From NCBI GenBank assembly GCA_038255145.1, contig JBBSLP010000017.1:17153-81152 (forward strand): a stretch of DNA of 64,000 nucleotides. The letters are read 5' to 3'. Numbering within the stretch: position 1 is the first letter of the stretch; every line of letters begins with the position of its first letter. This stretch comes from Acidimicrobiales bacterium (GTDB lineage: Bacteria; Actinomycetota; Acidimicrobiia; Acidimicrobiales; CAIXPF01). The position numbers were made by a program, and so were the translations under genes. Positions 19,151 to 30,889 of this stretch are shown here, piece after piece. The notes under the pieces were generated by a model. The model worked only from the letters and a program-made list of their open reading frames with translations, ran no database searches and had not been told where the DNA came from.

Positions 19151-19700
19151 CACCACCGTGGGGCGTCAGCCCGCTCGGTTGCGAAGCACAAGTGGTGGGC
19201 CGCTGGCGTCTCTGGCCACTTCTGGCCGGAGACCGGCACCTCGTCTGGGCATTCGCAAAGGACCCTGAACCTGGGCGGTACGCCATCGTCGCTAAAGACC
19301 TGGTGGCGGGCCTTGGGAAGCCGGCTCAGCGCCCTGAGTGGGCCCTGGCTCGGCAGATGGGCGGCAGTGCGGCAGTCATCACCGGGGCAGGGGTGGATGC
19401 TGCACTGTTGCGTAGGCGGTGGCGTCACTGCGGTCGCCCGGCGCTGTCAGCTCAAACCGGCTGCGAGCCCACCGAGCTGCGCCGTGAACGATCCCGCACC
19501 GCGGCGGTTCACGATCGTGCACAGCTCGCCTGGGACGACCTGCTCCCATCCGCAAGCGACAGCAGCCGGCCAGGACGGCTACACCCTGCGGGCCGCCCTG
19601 CGGGCTGAGGTCGGGGCCGGGACGCGGCACGGGCCGGTGCGGGGAGCACCGGCCCGTGGGCACGCTCAGCGGCCGCCTCGGAGAGGGGCCGCCAACGGGA

Positions 19701-22700
19701 TCAGGTGACGACGATGCTCACCTGCTGGGTCGCTCCGTTGCCGGCGGGGTTGGCCGACTGCAGGCGCACGGGGTACACACCCGGCGCGAACGCCCGCTGC
19801 ACGGTGCGGGCGGCGACGGGCACGGGGTCGGTCCCGAACGTCCACTGCCAGCTGGTCAGCGGCGCCGGTGCGGTGGGCTCGACGGTGTCGGTGAACGTGA
19901 GGGTGGCCCCGGCCGTGGCCGTGTAGTTGCCCTCGCTGACCAGGGTGGCCCCGGTCACACCGATCTTGGGCGTCGGCACCGAGAGGGCCTGGATGGTGAT
20001 GGTCTTGGTCACCGGGTCGCTGGGGCCGAACTCGTTGGTGACCGTGAGGGAGACCTGGAACGGCCCGGCCGTGGCGTACACGTGCTTGGGCGACGCTTCG
20101 GTGCTCGTGTTGCCGTCACCAAAGTTCCACTGGTAGCTGGTGGCCCCGGTGGACCCGTCGACGAAGCTGACCTCGGCGTACTGGAAGTAGGCGTCGGGGG
20201 CGGTGAAGGCCGCCGTGGGCGGGGTGGGCACCACCACCCGCAGGACCTTGGCCGACTCGGCCACGACGCCGGCCGAGTTCCTGGCCACCAGGCGCACGGT
20301 GACGTCACCGCCCTGATCGAAGTTGTGGCTCACCGACTGCCCGGTGGCCGCCAGCCCGTCGATGGTCCACGTGTAGGTGTTGGTCCCCGGCCCCGAGGCG
20401 GTGAAGGTGATGTCCGTACCGGCCCGCACCGTCTGGGGATCGCCGTTGGCGTGGACGGGACTGACGGTGAACGACGCGTTCGGAGGCTGGGCCGCGGGCT
20501 GCACGTTCAGGGTCCGCGCCGCCGCGGTGGCGCAGTTGCCGGGATCGTCGGCCCAGCACACCTTCATCGTCACCGTCAGGGGCCCGGGCGCCGTCGGGGT
20601 GTACGTCACCTGCTGGGACCCGGCCCCGGGTGTCTGGTCGCCACCGGGGCTGAAGGTGAACACGGGAGCGGAGACCGCGCCAGGGGTGGTGTTCACGAAG
20701 GTGATCGGCTTGCCCGCCACCCACTGGTCGTCCGGTTCCGACACCTGGAAGGCCGCGGCCGGCGGAGCCTTGGCCTGGGCGCTGACCACGATGTTCTGGG
20801 TACGGGGGGCCGACTGGGTGCCACCGCGTGCCACGATCAGGGTGACCTGGTAGGTGCCGGCGCTCGCGAACACGTGCACCGGGCTGGCTGTGGGGCCCAG
20901 GACGGGATCAGTGCTGTCACCAAAGTCCCACCGGTAGGCGTTGGGCCTGTTCTGGGACAAGTTGGTGAACTGCACCGCCTGGCCGGCCACAGGCTGGTTC
21001 GGGTTCCATGAGAAGTCGGCCTGGGGGACGTCGGCCTCCCTGACCACGAGGAGGTGGGGCTGGGCCACGCTGCCGATGCCGGCCGCATCGTACGCGGCCA
21101 TGTTCACCACCTTGAGGCCCGCCGACGCGTAGGCGTGGGTCGGGTTCTGGCCCTGACCCGTTACGCCGTCACCGAAGTCCCACTCCCAGCGGACGGCCGG
21201 ACCGCCCTTGGTGGTGTCGGTGAACTGAACCGCCTGGCCCACCCCAACTGCGTCCCCGAGGCTGCCGCTGGGCTTGGAGGTGAAGCCGGCGTCGAGGCGC
21301 TCGCCCGGTTGCTTGGCCCGCACCACGATGCGGGTCACGTAGGGCGCTGACGAGCCCTGCGGGTTGCGGGCCACAGCCTTGGACTCGTAGATCCCCGGCG
21401 CCGACCACGAGTGGGCCACCCGCGACGTGACGGTGTCGTTGTTGGTCTGCAGTGGGGTGCCGTCGCCGTAGTCCCACACCCAACTGGTGGGTCCGCTGTC
21501 GGCGGAGGCCGACAGCGCCGTGAGCTCGCCAACCTCGGGGCTGAACGGTGCCACCCCGCCGCTGGTGATCGAGGGTGCCCTGCTCGCGGCGGCCACGACG
21601 ACGACGGTGGTGGTGTTGTCGCTGCCCTTGGCGTTTTTCACGGTCAGCTTGACCGGGTAGGCGCCGGCCTTGGCAAAGGTGGTGGTGAACAGGGCTGCTT
21701 CGGGCTGGGCCCCGTCGACCGACCACTGGCGCTCGGACACGCCACCTTCGGAGGTGTCCTTGAAGGTCACCGTCTGGCCCTCGACGGGGTTCTTGGGCGT
21801 GACCGAGAAGCTGGCCACCGGCTTGAGCACCTCGGGCACGACCACGACCCGCCGGGTGACTGTGCCGGGGGAGGCCGAGTTGAAGGCGGTGAGGATGACC
21901 GTGTACTCACCGGGCTTGGCGTAGGTGTGCGACGTCGCCTTGCCCGTCTGCACGGCCGTACCGTCGCCGAAGTCCCAGCGCCACTCGGTCACGGGGCAGC
22001 AGTTGGGGGGTGGCACCGTGGTGTCGCCGTCGAAGCCGATCTTCTGGCCCACCTCGGGGTTGACGGGGGAGAAGGAGAACTCGGGCACCGGGGGGCTGGG
22101 CACGCTGCGGTCGACGACCTGGATGCTGGTGGCCGCACTGGTGGCCGTCTCGGCGCCGTTGGACACCGTCAGGCGCACCAGGAAGGAACCGGCCGTGGCG
22201 AAGACGTGCTGGAGGTCACTCGTCGTCGCCGCCGGGGAGCCGTCACCGAAGTCCCACGTCCACGAGGTGACCGCCGGCTTGCCCGCAGGTACCTGGGAGG
22301 TGTCGATGAAGCGGACCTGCTGACCGATCTGGGGGACCTTGACGTCGAAGGTGAACGACGGGGTGAGCCGCTGCGGCGGGGTGGTGTCGGGGGTCTGGCC
22401 CGGGCTGGGCAGCGGCTTCTGGGTGCCGCTGTTGTCGCCACCGCTCGGCCCCACGGGCAGGGGCTTGAGGGTGGAGCCCCCGCTGATGGGGCCCGAGCCC
22501 GCCCCACTGGGCCCGCTGGGCAGGGGAGCCGGCGCGGCGTTGGGACCGGTGCCGGCCAGGGGGTCCGAGGGCAGGATCTGTATCTGGGCCGCCTTGGGGG
22601 CCGTGGCCGTGGCATCGAGCCCGTCGAGGCCCTCGGGGCCCGTGTCCGAGCCGTCGGCGCCCGTGCCGGTTCCGGTGCCCGTGCCGCCCTCGCCCTCGGC

Positions 22701-23936
22701 GGGGCGATCGGTGCTGATCTTGCCGGTGGCGGCGTCGACGTCGACGCCCTCACCCTTCTCGGCGTCGAGGCCGAGGACCGAGGCGCTGTCGCCGGTGCCG
22801 TCGGCGCCCTGCTCGCCGTACTTGCTCACGATGTTCTTGATGCCGTTGCGGTCGAGCACCCCGGCCTCAGGGGTGGTCAGGCTGTTGAACCACACGTTGC
22901 CGTCATCGACGAGGAGCTCGAAGCGGGTGCCCTTGACGAGGACGACCTTGGTCGTCTGCAGGGTCCTGTTCTCGGCCAGGTCGACGATCAGCACCTCGCC
23001 CCTGTCGAGGACGGGGATGTAGGCCACGTCGCCCGCCGTCACGGGTTCGCCGTAGGCCACGGGCAGTTGCTGACCAGCGCTGGTCAGCTGCAGTCCCACG
23101 CAGGCGTCGGCTTCGAGGTCGGCGGTGGCCAGCTGGCCGGTGCCGGGATCCGCAGCCACGGCCAAGGCCCGGGAGCCGTCACCGCTGCCGGTGGCCACGA
23201 CCTCGTCACCGGAGTCGACGCCCAGGCAGCTGTCGGCCCCGGGCTTGGCCGAGCCCTGGTCGATGGCCACCACACGGCCGTTGAGCGGGTTGATCACGTA
23301 GGGCTGGTCGCCCACCAGCACCAGGGAGCTGTTGCCCTCGGCCGGCGCGGCACCGGCCTGGGCGGTGTGGCCGTCGGGGTCGATGCGCACGACGGTGCCC
23401 GTGGCCTGGGCCAGCATCCACAGCTTGCCGGCGGGATCGATGCGCATCTGGGCCCGGCCCTGGGGCACGGTCACCTCGTGCAGGACGCGGCGGTCGGCGG
23501 GGTCGAGCACGAGCACGGTGCCCCGGCCCGAATCGAGCACGTAGGCGCCGAGCTGGTTGCCCACCATCTGCAGGCTGCCCGTGGGCCCGTCCACGATGGG
23601 GTCCCCGGTGAAGTCCAGGGTGGCGCCGTCGATGCGGCCCAACTGGCCCGACGAGCGGTCGAGGACCAGGGCCGAGTGCCCGGCCTGGGAGACGGTCAGC
23701 TCGTTGCCGGGCTCGGCCACCTTGACGGTGGACAGCACCTGGTCGGAGGCGGCGTTCACCTGCATGACCATCCCCATGGGAGGTGAGGCCAACCACACCG
23801 AGCCGTCCTGCACGTCGATGCGCGCCACCGCCGTTCCCGTGGCCCGCAACCCGAAGGTGACGAGCAGCACCGCCATCAGGCCGAGCAGGCCCCTCTTGCC
23901 CCAGGTCAGGGCGGTGGCGTTCGAGTCCATCCGCAT
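19701..23936 (-). CDS. Large secreted/anchored protein with an N-terminal propeller-like region and about 10 PKD-type repeats
   Basis: N-terminal hydrophobic segment, Gly/Pro linker, repeated WxWDFGDG...HxFxxxGxYxVxL units. Confidence 0.85.
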   Translation of the reverse strand: MRMDSNATALTWGKRGLLGLMAVLLVTFGLRATGTAVARIDVQDGSVWLASPPMGMVMQVNAASDQVLSTVKVAEPGNELTVSQAGHSALVLDRSSGQLGRIDGATLDFTGDPIVDGPTGSLQMVGNQLGAYVLDSGRGTVLVLDPADRRVLHEVTVPQGRAQMRIDPAGKLWMLAQATGTVVRIDPDGHTAQAGAAPAEGNSSLVLVGDQPYVINPLNGRVVAIDQGSAKPGADSCLGVDSGDEVVATGSGDGSRALAVAADPGTGQLATADLEADACVGLQLTSAGQQLPVAYGEPVTAGDVAYIPVLDRGEVLIVDLAENRTLQTTKVVLVKGTRFELLVDDGNVWFNSLTTPEAGVLDRNGIKNIVSKYGEQGADGTGDSASVLGLDAEKGEGVDVDAATGKISTDRPAEGEGGTGTGTGTGADGSDTGPEGLDGLDATATAPKAAQIQILPSDPLAGTGPNAAPAPLPSGPSGAGSGPISGGSTLKPLPVGPSGGDNSGTQKPLPSPGQTPDTTPPQRLTPSFTFDVKVPQIGQQVRFIDTSQVPAGKPAVTSWTWDFGDGSPAATTSDLQHVFATAGSFLVRLTVSNGAETATSAATSIQVVDRSVPSPPVPEFSFSPVNPEVGQKIGFDGDTTVPPPNCCPVTEWRWDFGDGTAVQTGKATSHTYAKPGEYTVILTAFNSASPGTVTRRVVVVPEVLKPVASFSVTPKNPVEGQTVTFKDTSEGGVSERQWSVDGAQPEAALFTTTFAKAGAYPVKLTVKNAKGSDNTTTVVVVAAASRAPSITSGGVAPFSPEVGELTALSASADSGPTSWVWDYGDGTPLQTNNDTVTSRVAHSWSAPGIYESKAVARNPQGSSAPYVTRIVVRAKQPGERLDAGFTSKPSGSLGDAVGVGQAVQFTDTTKGGPAVRWEWDFGDGVTGQGQNPTHAYASAGLKVVNMAAYDAAGIGSVAQPHLLVVREADVPQADFSWNPNQPVAGQAVQFTNLSQNRPNAYRWDFGDSTDPVLGPTASPVHVFASAGTYQVTLIVARGGTQSAPRTQNIVVSAQAKAPPAAAFQVSEPDDQWVAGKPITFVNTTPGAVSAPVFTFSPGGDQTPGAGSQQVTYTPTAPGPLTVTMKVCWADDPGNCATAAARTLNVQPAAQPPNASFTVSPVHANGDPQTVRAGTDITFTASGPGTNTYTWTIDGLAATGQSVSHNFDQGGDVTVRLVARNSAGVVAESAKVLRVVVPTPPTAAFTAPDAYFQYAEVSFVDGSTGATSYQWNFGDGNTSTEASPKHVYATAGPFQVSLTVTNEFGPSDPVTKTITIQALSVPTPKIGVTGATLVSEGNYTATAGATLTFTDTVEPTAPAPLTSWQWTFGTDPVPVAARTVQRAFAPGVYPVRLQSANPAGNGATQQVSIVVT

Positions 23937-24146
23937 ACCTCGTCCGTCCGCGTGCCGTCTTCCGCTTCCACCTGCGGACCCCCACCACCACGCAGGGCGC
24001 GGCCGAGGGGGCGAGACGACCTCCCCATCCTAGGGGAGGACCCTGGTCCTCCCCCCGCGGGCCGCGCCGTGCGGCCGGGCGGGCGGGCGGGCGGGCGGGT
24101 GCAGGGAGGAGGACACGTCGGCGCTAGAGCTGATCCAGAGGCCGAT

Positions 24147-25622
24147 CTAGAGGTGGGCGACCCCGTCGGCGTCGATGTCGAGGGGCTTGCCGATGGGCTC
24201 CTCGCCCATCATCGACGCCATGGTGGCGGCGTCGGTCGACCGGGTCCACGTGCGCTGGCCGTCGGGCGTCAGCGCGGCGATGAGGGCAACCTCGGGCCCT
24301 TCGGCACCGTGCATGACCGTGTAGCTCTCGACGGTGGCCGGGCCCCGGTGGTCGGCGGAGACCTCACGGGTGGGGAAGGTGTCGACCACGTCCTGGACGT
24401 CGGCGTGGCGGAAGGGCTGGGGCGGGGGCTCGGTCGAGTAGATGCCCATGGCGTGCTTGGTCACGTAGCCGCCGTTGGCCGAGTTGTAGCCGATCGACCC
24501 CGGGTCGGCCCGCAGCACGTCGGCCATGGCCGCGATGCCGTGGGTGACGTAGTTGTTCAGAGGCCCGCCGGCGAAGGGCAGGCCACCGGTCACCGTGAGC
24601 TGGCGGGACTGGTCGAAGCCGATCTCCTTGGCCGCGATCTGCACGGCCGAGGGGAAGCACGAGTACAGGTCGATGTGGCCGATGTCGTCGGGGCCCAGGC
24701 CGGTTAGCTCGAACACCTTGGCCCCCGCGGTGCGGATGGCCGGCGAGCTGTACAGGTTGTCCCGGTTGGACACGAGCAGGGTGTCATGGGCATCGGTGCC
24801 GGCCCAGGGGAAGACCCAGCGGTCGCGGGGCACGCCCATGGCCTCGGCCGTCCCCGCCGCGCACAGCAGCAGGGCGGCGGCCTGGTCCAGGTCCCAGTTC
24901 GAGTTCATGGACTTGGTGTAGGGCCAGCCCACCATGCGGTTCTGCGCCGTGGGCGTGCGGATCTCCTCGGCCGTCAAGGGCGTGCGCACCCAGGCGTAGG
25001 GGTTCTGCACGGCCACGGCGTTGAACGTGGCCCACAGTTCGGACACCCGCTCGATGTGGGCGTCGATGGCCTCGCCCTGCGATGCCCGCAGGGCGTTCTC
25101 GAAGATGGGGTAGAGGTTGATGGGCTGCTCGACCCCCCGCTCGGCCTCGAGGCGCGAGCTCATCTGCAGGTCCTTGCCCAGCACCTCGGCGGGGGCGACG
25201 CCGGCGTCGTCGGTGTAGGGGATGCGCTGGCCGGCCCGCTTGGCCCGGCGCCGGCTCCAGATGCCCTCGGCCCCCACGATGACCACGGTGTCGAGCTTGC
25301 CGGCGAGGATGTCGAGGCAGCTGCGGTTGACCAGGGACTGCGGCGTGTTGCCGCCGTCGGTGGACAGCGCCGTCTGCACCGGGTTGGCCCCCACGGCCTC
25401 GGCCACGATGCGGCCCGGGTCCAGGTAGGGCCACGCGCCCTTGACCACCCGCACGGCGTCGAGCTTGGCCAGGAGCGAGGGGGCGCCGGCATCGGCCGCG
25501 GCCCGGCGCACGACCTCGATCATCATGGCTGCCGGCTCGAGGGCCTCGGTGGGGTCAGCGGGCTTCTGCTTGAACTGGCCCACACCGACGAGGACGGGGG
25601 TGCGGGGATCGATCGACGACAT
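24147..25622 (-). CDS. Thiolase-like (acetyl-CoA acetyltransferase-like) protein
   Basis: PVLVGVGQ, GGNTPQ, NRMVGWPYTK, DLYSCF, TVTGGLPFAGGP. Confidence 0.8.
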   Translation of the reverse strand: MSSIDPRTPVLVGVGQFKQKPADPTEALEPAAMMIEVVRRAAADAGAPSLLAKLDAVRVVKGAWPYLDPGRIVAEAVGANPVQTALSTDGGNTPQSLVNRSCLDILAGKLDTVVIVGAEGIWSRRRAKRAGQRIPYTDDAGVAPAEVLGKDLQMSSRLEAERGVEQPINLYPIFENALRASQGEAIDAHIERVSELWATFNAVAVQNPYAWVRTPLTAEEIRTPTAQNRMVGWPYTKSMNSNWDLDQAAALLLCAAGTAEAMGVPRDRWVFPWAGTDAHDTLLVSNRDNLYSSPAIRTAGAKVFELTGLGPDDIGHIDLYSCFPSAVQIAAKEIGFDQSRQLTVTGGLPFAGGPLNNYVTHGIAAMADVLRADPGSIGYNSANGGYVTKHAMGIYSTEPPPQPFRHADVQDVVDTFPTREVSADHRGPATVESYTVMHGAEGPEVALIAALTPDGQRTWTRSTDAATMASMMGEEPIGKPLDIDADGVAHL

Positions 25623-25685
25623 GGGGTGTGCTCCGTGGTGCTGGCGTGGGCTTCGGTCAGGTGCAGGACAGGGCGAACAGGGGGG

Positions 25686-26717
25686 TCACAGGCAGAGCTC
25701 GGCCATGAGCCGCATCACGGAGGGCGGGCCGGAGACCATGAGGGTGGTCACGCACGACGCTTCCCACCGGGCCAGGTCGTCGCGGATCTTCTCCTTGGGG
25801 CCGACGAGGGCCACGTCCTGCACCATGTCCAGCGACACGAGGGCCTCGGCCTCCTGCTTGCGCCCGGCCAGGTACAGCTCCTGGATCTTGACGCACAGGT
25901 CCTCGTAGCCCATGCGGGCGAAGACCTCGAAGTGGAAGTTGGCCCCCCGTGCCCCCATGCCCCCGATGTACAGGGCCAGGTTGGGGCGCACCTTGTCCGC
26001 CGCGGCCTCGATGTCGTCCATGGGCACGACGGTGACGGGGCACACGACCTCGAAGGTGTCGGCCGTGCCCCGGGCGCCGGGACGGCTGAAGCCCTCGTCG
26101 AGGGCGGCCCGGTAGAAGCCGTCGACCTGGTCCTTGGGCGAGAAGAACAGGGGCAGCCAGCCGTCGCAGATCTCGGCCGACAGGGCCACGTTCCTGGGGC
26201 CCTCGGCGCCCAGGTAGATGGGGATGTCGGCCCGCAGCGGGTGCACGGTGGGCTTGAGGGCCTTGCCCAGGCCGGTGCCGCTGGTGGCGGGCAGGTCGTA
26301 GAAGTCGCCGTGGAACTCGACGGGCTTCTCCCGGGCGAAGACGGCCCTGATGATCTCGACGTACTCCCGGGTGCGCTGCAGCGGCTTCGGGTAGGGCTGG
26401 CCGTACCAGCCCTCGACGACCTGGGGCCCGGACACGCCGAGGCCGAGGATGAAGCGGCCGCCGGACAGGTGGTCCATGGTCAGCGCGGCCATGGCCGTGG
26501 CCGTGGGGGTGCGGGCCGACAGCTGGATGATGCCCGTGCCCAGCTTGATGCGCTCGGTGCTCGCCCCCCACCAGGCCAGGGGGGTGAGGGCGTCCGAGCC
26601 GTAGGCCTCGGCCGTCCAGAACGAGTCGTAGCCCAACCGCTCGGCTTCGAGCAGCGTGTCGAGCGCCCCCGCCGGTGGGCCGGCGCTCCAGTACCCAGCT
26701 CCCGTGGCCAGCTTCAT
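25686..26717 (-). CDS. LLM class F420-dependent oxidoreductase
   Basis: WTAEAYGSDA, RTPTATAMAA, GLGVSGPQVVEGW, GAEGPRN, YIGGMG. Confidence 0.88.
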   Translation of the reverse strand: MKLATGAGYWSAGPPAGALDTLLEAERLGYDSFWTAEAYGSDALTPLAWWGASTERIKLGTGIIQLSARTPTATAMAALTMDHLSGGRFILGLGVSGPQVVEGWYGQPYPKPLQRTREYVEIIRAVFAREKPVEFHGDFYDLPATSGTGLGKALKPTVHPLRADIPIYLGAEGPRNVALSAEICDGWLPLFFSPKDQVDGFYRAALDEGFSRPGARGTADTFEVVCPVTVVPMDDIEAAADKVRPNLALYIGGMGARGANFHFEVFARMGYEDLCVKIQELYLAGRKQEAEALVSLDMVQDVALVGPKEKIRDDLARWEASCVTTLMVSGPPSVMRLMAELCL

Positions 26718-26969
26718 GTGCCCTCCCAGGGCTCGGCGGTGGCGCCCGTGATGACGTGTCGACCGCGAGCCCCGAAGTGATCACCGAGGTGATGTCGGGG
26801 GCGGTCTCGACGACGGCGTCAGGTTAGCCACCGACCCGTGACGGTCGCCCCGGAGACGGCCTCCGACACGGGCGACCCCTGGGGCGCGGGTTGACTCCAC
26901 GGGTCCGAAGGTGGTCGCCGACGGAGATGCCGACAGAGGTGAGGTGGCGAGGGTGAACCGGCCGGTTCC

Positions 26970-27197
26970 GTGGCCCTGACGCTCCTGGGCTGGGGGATCG
27001 GCCAGGGGGTGACCTGGGAGACGCTGCGGGTGCTGGGTCGGGCCTCGGTGCCGCTGCTGGGCATCGTGTTCAACCTCATCGGCTTCGGGGCCCTCGTGGC
27101 CGTGGCCCTGGTGCGCCTGGGGGTGATGGACGGCAAGACGGCCTTCCTGGCCTCGTGCCCCGGTGCCCTGTCCCAGATGGCCGGGCCCAGCCCGTGA
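26970..27197 (+). pseudogene. Fragment of an AbrB-family membrane protein
   Basis: GWGIG..hydrophobic helix..TAFLASCPGALSQMA matches the AbrB repeat motif; only 75 aa, with an in-frame stop just upstream (26940). Confidence 0.5.
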
Positions 27198-27225
27198 CGA
27201 GCGGGCCGTCGTGCCAGAGTGCGGG

Positions 27226-28317
27226 ATGACCACGGTGCCCCGGGCGCCACATCGTCGGGTGCTGCTCGTCTCCACCCCCATCGGCACCCTGGGCTCCGGT
27301 CGGGGTGGCGGGGTCGAGCTCACGCTGGGCAACGTGGCCCGGGCCCTGGCCCGCCGTGGCCACCACATCGACGTGTTGGCGCCGGCGGGTTCGTACCTCG
27401 ACGGCCAGCACGTCATCGAGGTGCCCGGGGTGGCCCCACCCTCGGCCCAGCACGAGGCCCGCGACGCGCCGACCGTGCTGCCCCCCGACAGCCTGGTGGC
27501 CAACCTCTTCGCCGCGGCCCGGGCCCTCCAGGACGACTACGACGTGCTCGTCAGCTTCGCCTACGACTGGCTGGGCCTGTACCTGACCCCCTTCTTCACC
27601 ACGCCGCTGGCCCACGTGGTGGGCATGGGCTCCCTGCTCGACGTGGTCGACGAGGCGGCCGCTGCGGTGGTGGCCGCGTTCCCCGGGCGCATCGCCGTGC
27701 ACACCCGGTCCCAGGCCGCCACCTACGCCTTCGCCGACGGGCTCCACGTGCTGGGCAGCGGCTTCGACCTCGACGGCTACGACTTCGTGGGCCGGGTGGC
27801 CGCCGATGCCCCCTTGGCCTGGGTGGGGCGAATCTCCCCCGAGAAGGGCCTGGGTGACGCCGTGGCCGCAGCGAGCGCGTGCGGTCGGGCCCTCGAGGTC
27901 TTCGGGGTGGTCGAGGACGAGGTCCACTGGGACGAGGTGCGCCGTCGGGCCCGGCCGGGCGTCATCGTCCCCCGCGGCTTCCTGGCCACGGCCGAGCTCC
28001 AGGCCGCCCTCGGTCGTTGCCGGGCCCTGCTGGTCACCCCCAAGTGGGAGGAGGCCTTCGGCAACGTGGTGGTGGAGGCGCTGGCCTGTGGCGTCCCCGT
28101 GGTCACCTACGACCGGGGTGGGCCCGCCGAGCTGGTGGAGCACGGGGTGACGGGCTGGGTGGTGGCGCCCGACTCGGTCGATGCCCTGGTGGCGGCGGTG
28201 GGTCGGGTGGACGAGATCGACCGGGCCACGTGCCGGGCCCGCGCCGAAGCCCGCTTCTCCCTGGACGCCCTCGGTGAGGGGCTCGAACGCTGGCTCGAGC
28301 CCGTCATCGAGGGTTGA
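27226..28317 (+). CDS. Glycosyltransferase family 4, resembling cyanobacterial UDP-glucose:tetrahydrobiopterin glucosyltransferase
   Basis: STPIGTLGSGRGGGVELTL, FAYDWL.LYLTPFF, GRISPEKG, PKWEEAFGNVVVEALACGVPV. Confidence 0.8.
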   Translation: MTTVPRAPHRRVLLVSTPIGTLGSGRGGGVELTLGNVARALARRGHHIDVLAPAGSYLDGQHVIEVPGVAPPSAQHEARDAPTVLPPDSLVANLFAAARALQDDYDVLVSFAYDWLGLYLTPFFTTPLAHVVGMGSLLDVVDEAAAAVVAAFPGRIAVHTRSQAATYAFADGLHVLGSGFDLDGYDFVGRVAADAPLAWVGRISPEKGLGDAVAAASACGRALEVFGVVEDEVHWDEVRRRARPGVIVPRGFLATAELQAALGRCRALLVTPKWEEAFGNVVVEALACGVPVVTYDRGGPAELVEHGVTGWVVAPDSVDALVAAVGRVDEIDRATCRARAEARFSLDALGEGLERWLEPVIEG

Positions 28318-28324
28318 CGGTCGG

Positions 28325-28927
28325 TCAGGCCGCGGTGGTGGTGGGCGCGGCCGCCGCCGTGGTCGCCGTGGCCGCCGCTGTGGTGGCCGGGGCGGTGGTG
28401 GGTGTCGCTGGTGCCGTGGTCGCGGCCCGGCCCGACAGGGTGGTGGTGGTCCCCGACTGGGGATCGCGGCCGTTGCGGGTGGCGCAGATGGGGTCGAGGG
28501 CGTCGAACAGGGGGGGCAGCACGACGTCGATGGTGGGTTCGGCGGGGTCCGGCGCCTTGCTGTCGTCGATGGGACGCGAGCGCAACACCTTCATCTCGGC
28601 CAGTGCGGCGCGGGCGTCGGCGGGCACGTCCTCGGTCAGGCTGGCCTCGAGGCGCTCCAGGCGGGCCAGGCGGGGGTCGGTGCGGGGGGCGGCCGTGGTG
28701 GTGGGCCCGGACTGGTCGAGGTTGGTGACCGGGGCACGGGGCTGGCCGGCATCCTCCTGGTCGGCGTAGGCCTGCATGGCCTCGCACATCTGCTCGCGGG
28801 CGAGCGCCTGCTGGTCGATCGAGGTCGTCGTGACGGCGATGTCGTTGTCGCCGCCCGAGCATCCCGCGAGCGCGCCAACCGCCAGCGCGAACAGTGTCAG
28901 GCCAGGGACGAAGGTGGTCTTCCGCAC
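28325..28927 (-). CDS. Hypothetical lipoprotein with Thr/Ala-rich tail
   Basis: Lipobox LAGC, two further Cys, low-complexity C-terminus. Confidence 0.65.
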   Translation of the reverse strand: MRKTTFVPGLTLFALAVGALAGCSGGDNDIAVTTTSIDQQALAREQMCEAMQAYADQEDAGQPRAPVTNLDQSGPTTTAAPRTDPRLARLERLEASLTEDVPADARAALAEMKVLRSRPIDDSKAPDPAEPTIDVVLPPLFDALDPICATRNGRDPQSGTTTTLSGRAATTAPATPTTAPATTAAATATTAAAAPTTTAA

Positions 28928-29139
28928 CGGCTACCTGTCGGCGCGCCGACCCCGGCCTTGAGAGATGTCACGCACCTGGAAGACGAAGCCGGCCGAGGTG
29001 GTCGACCGATCGCGCCAGCTTGCGCGCCGGTCGTGGCCCGCTGACCCCGCAGGGTCCCGGGCCGAGGTGGCCATCGGTGCGGACCCGGTCGCAGGCGCTG
29101 GCTACGCTGAGGGACCTCTGCAACCGAGGGGTGCGCACC

Positions 29140-30774
<1,635 letters not shown>

Positions 30775-30855
30775 GGGCCACGCAGGGATTGTCCGAGGGC
30801 CACCGCGCGGCGGACATATCGATCACGCTCGTCTGACGTATCCGCGTCGCCGGCC

Positions 30856-30882
30856 TCATCCCGGGGGTCGCCCTGCCGAACT
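30856..30882 (+). promoter_or_regulatory. Putative sigma28 (FliA/WhiG) promoter upstream of flgN
   Basis: TCAT-N15-GCCGAACT versus the consensus TAAA-N15-GCCGATAA; 7 nt before the GTG at 30890, suggesting a leaderless transcript. Confidence 0.5.
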
Positions 30883-30889
30883 CTCCTGC

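Noticed and set aside
28928-29139. Cobalamin riboswitch upstream of the B12 mutase
   Set aside because: No recognisable GGGAA...GCCACTG/B12-box elements.
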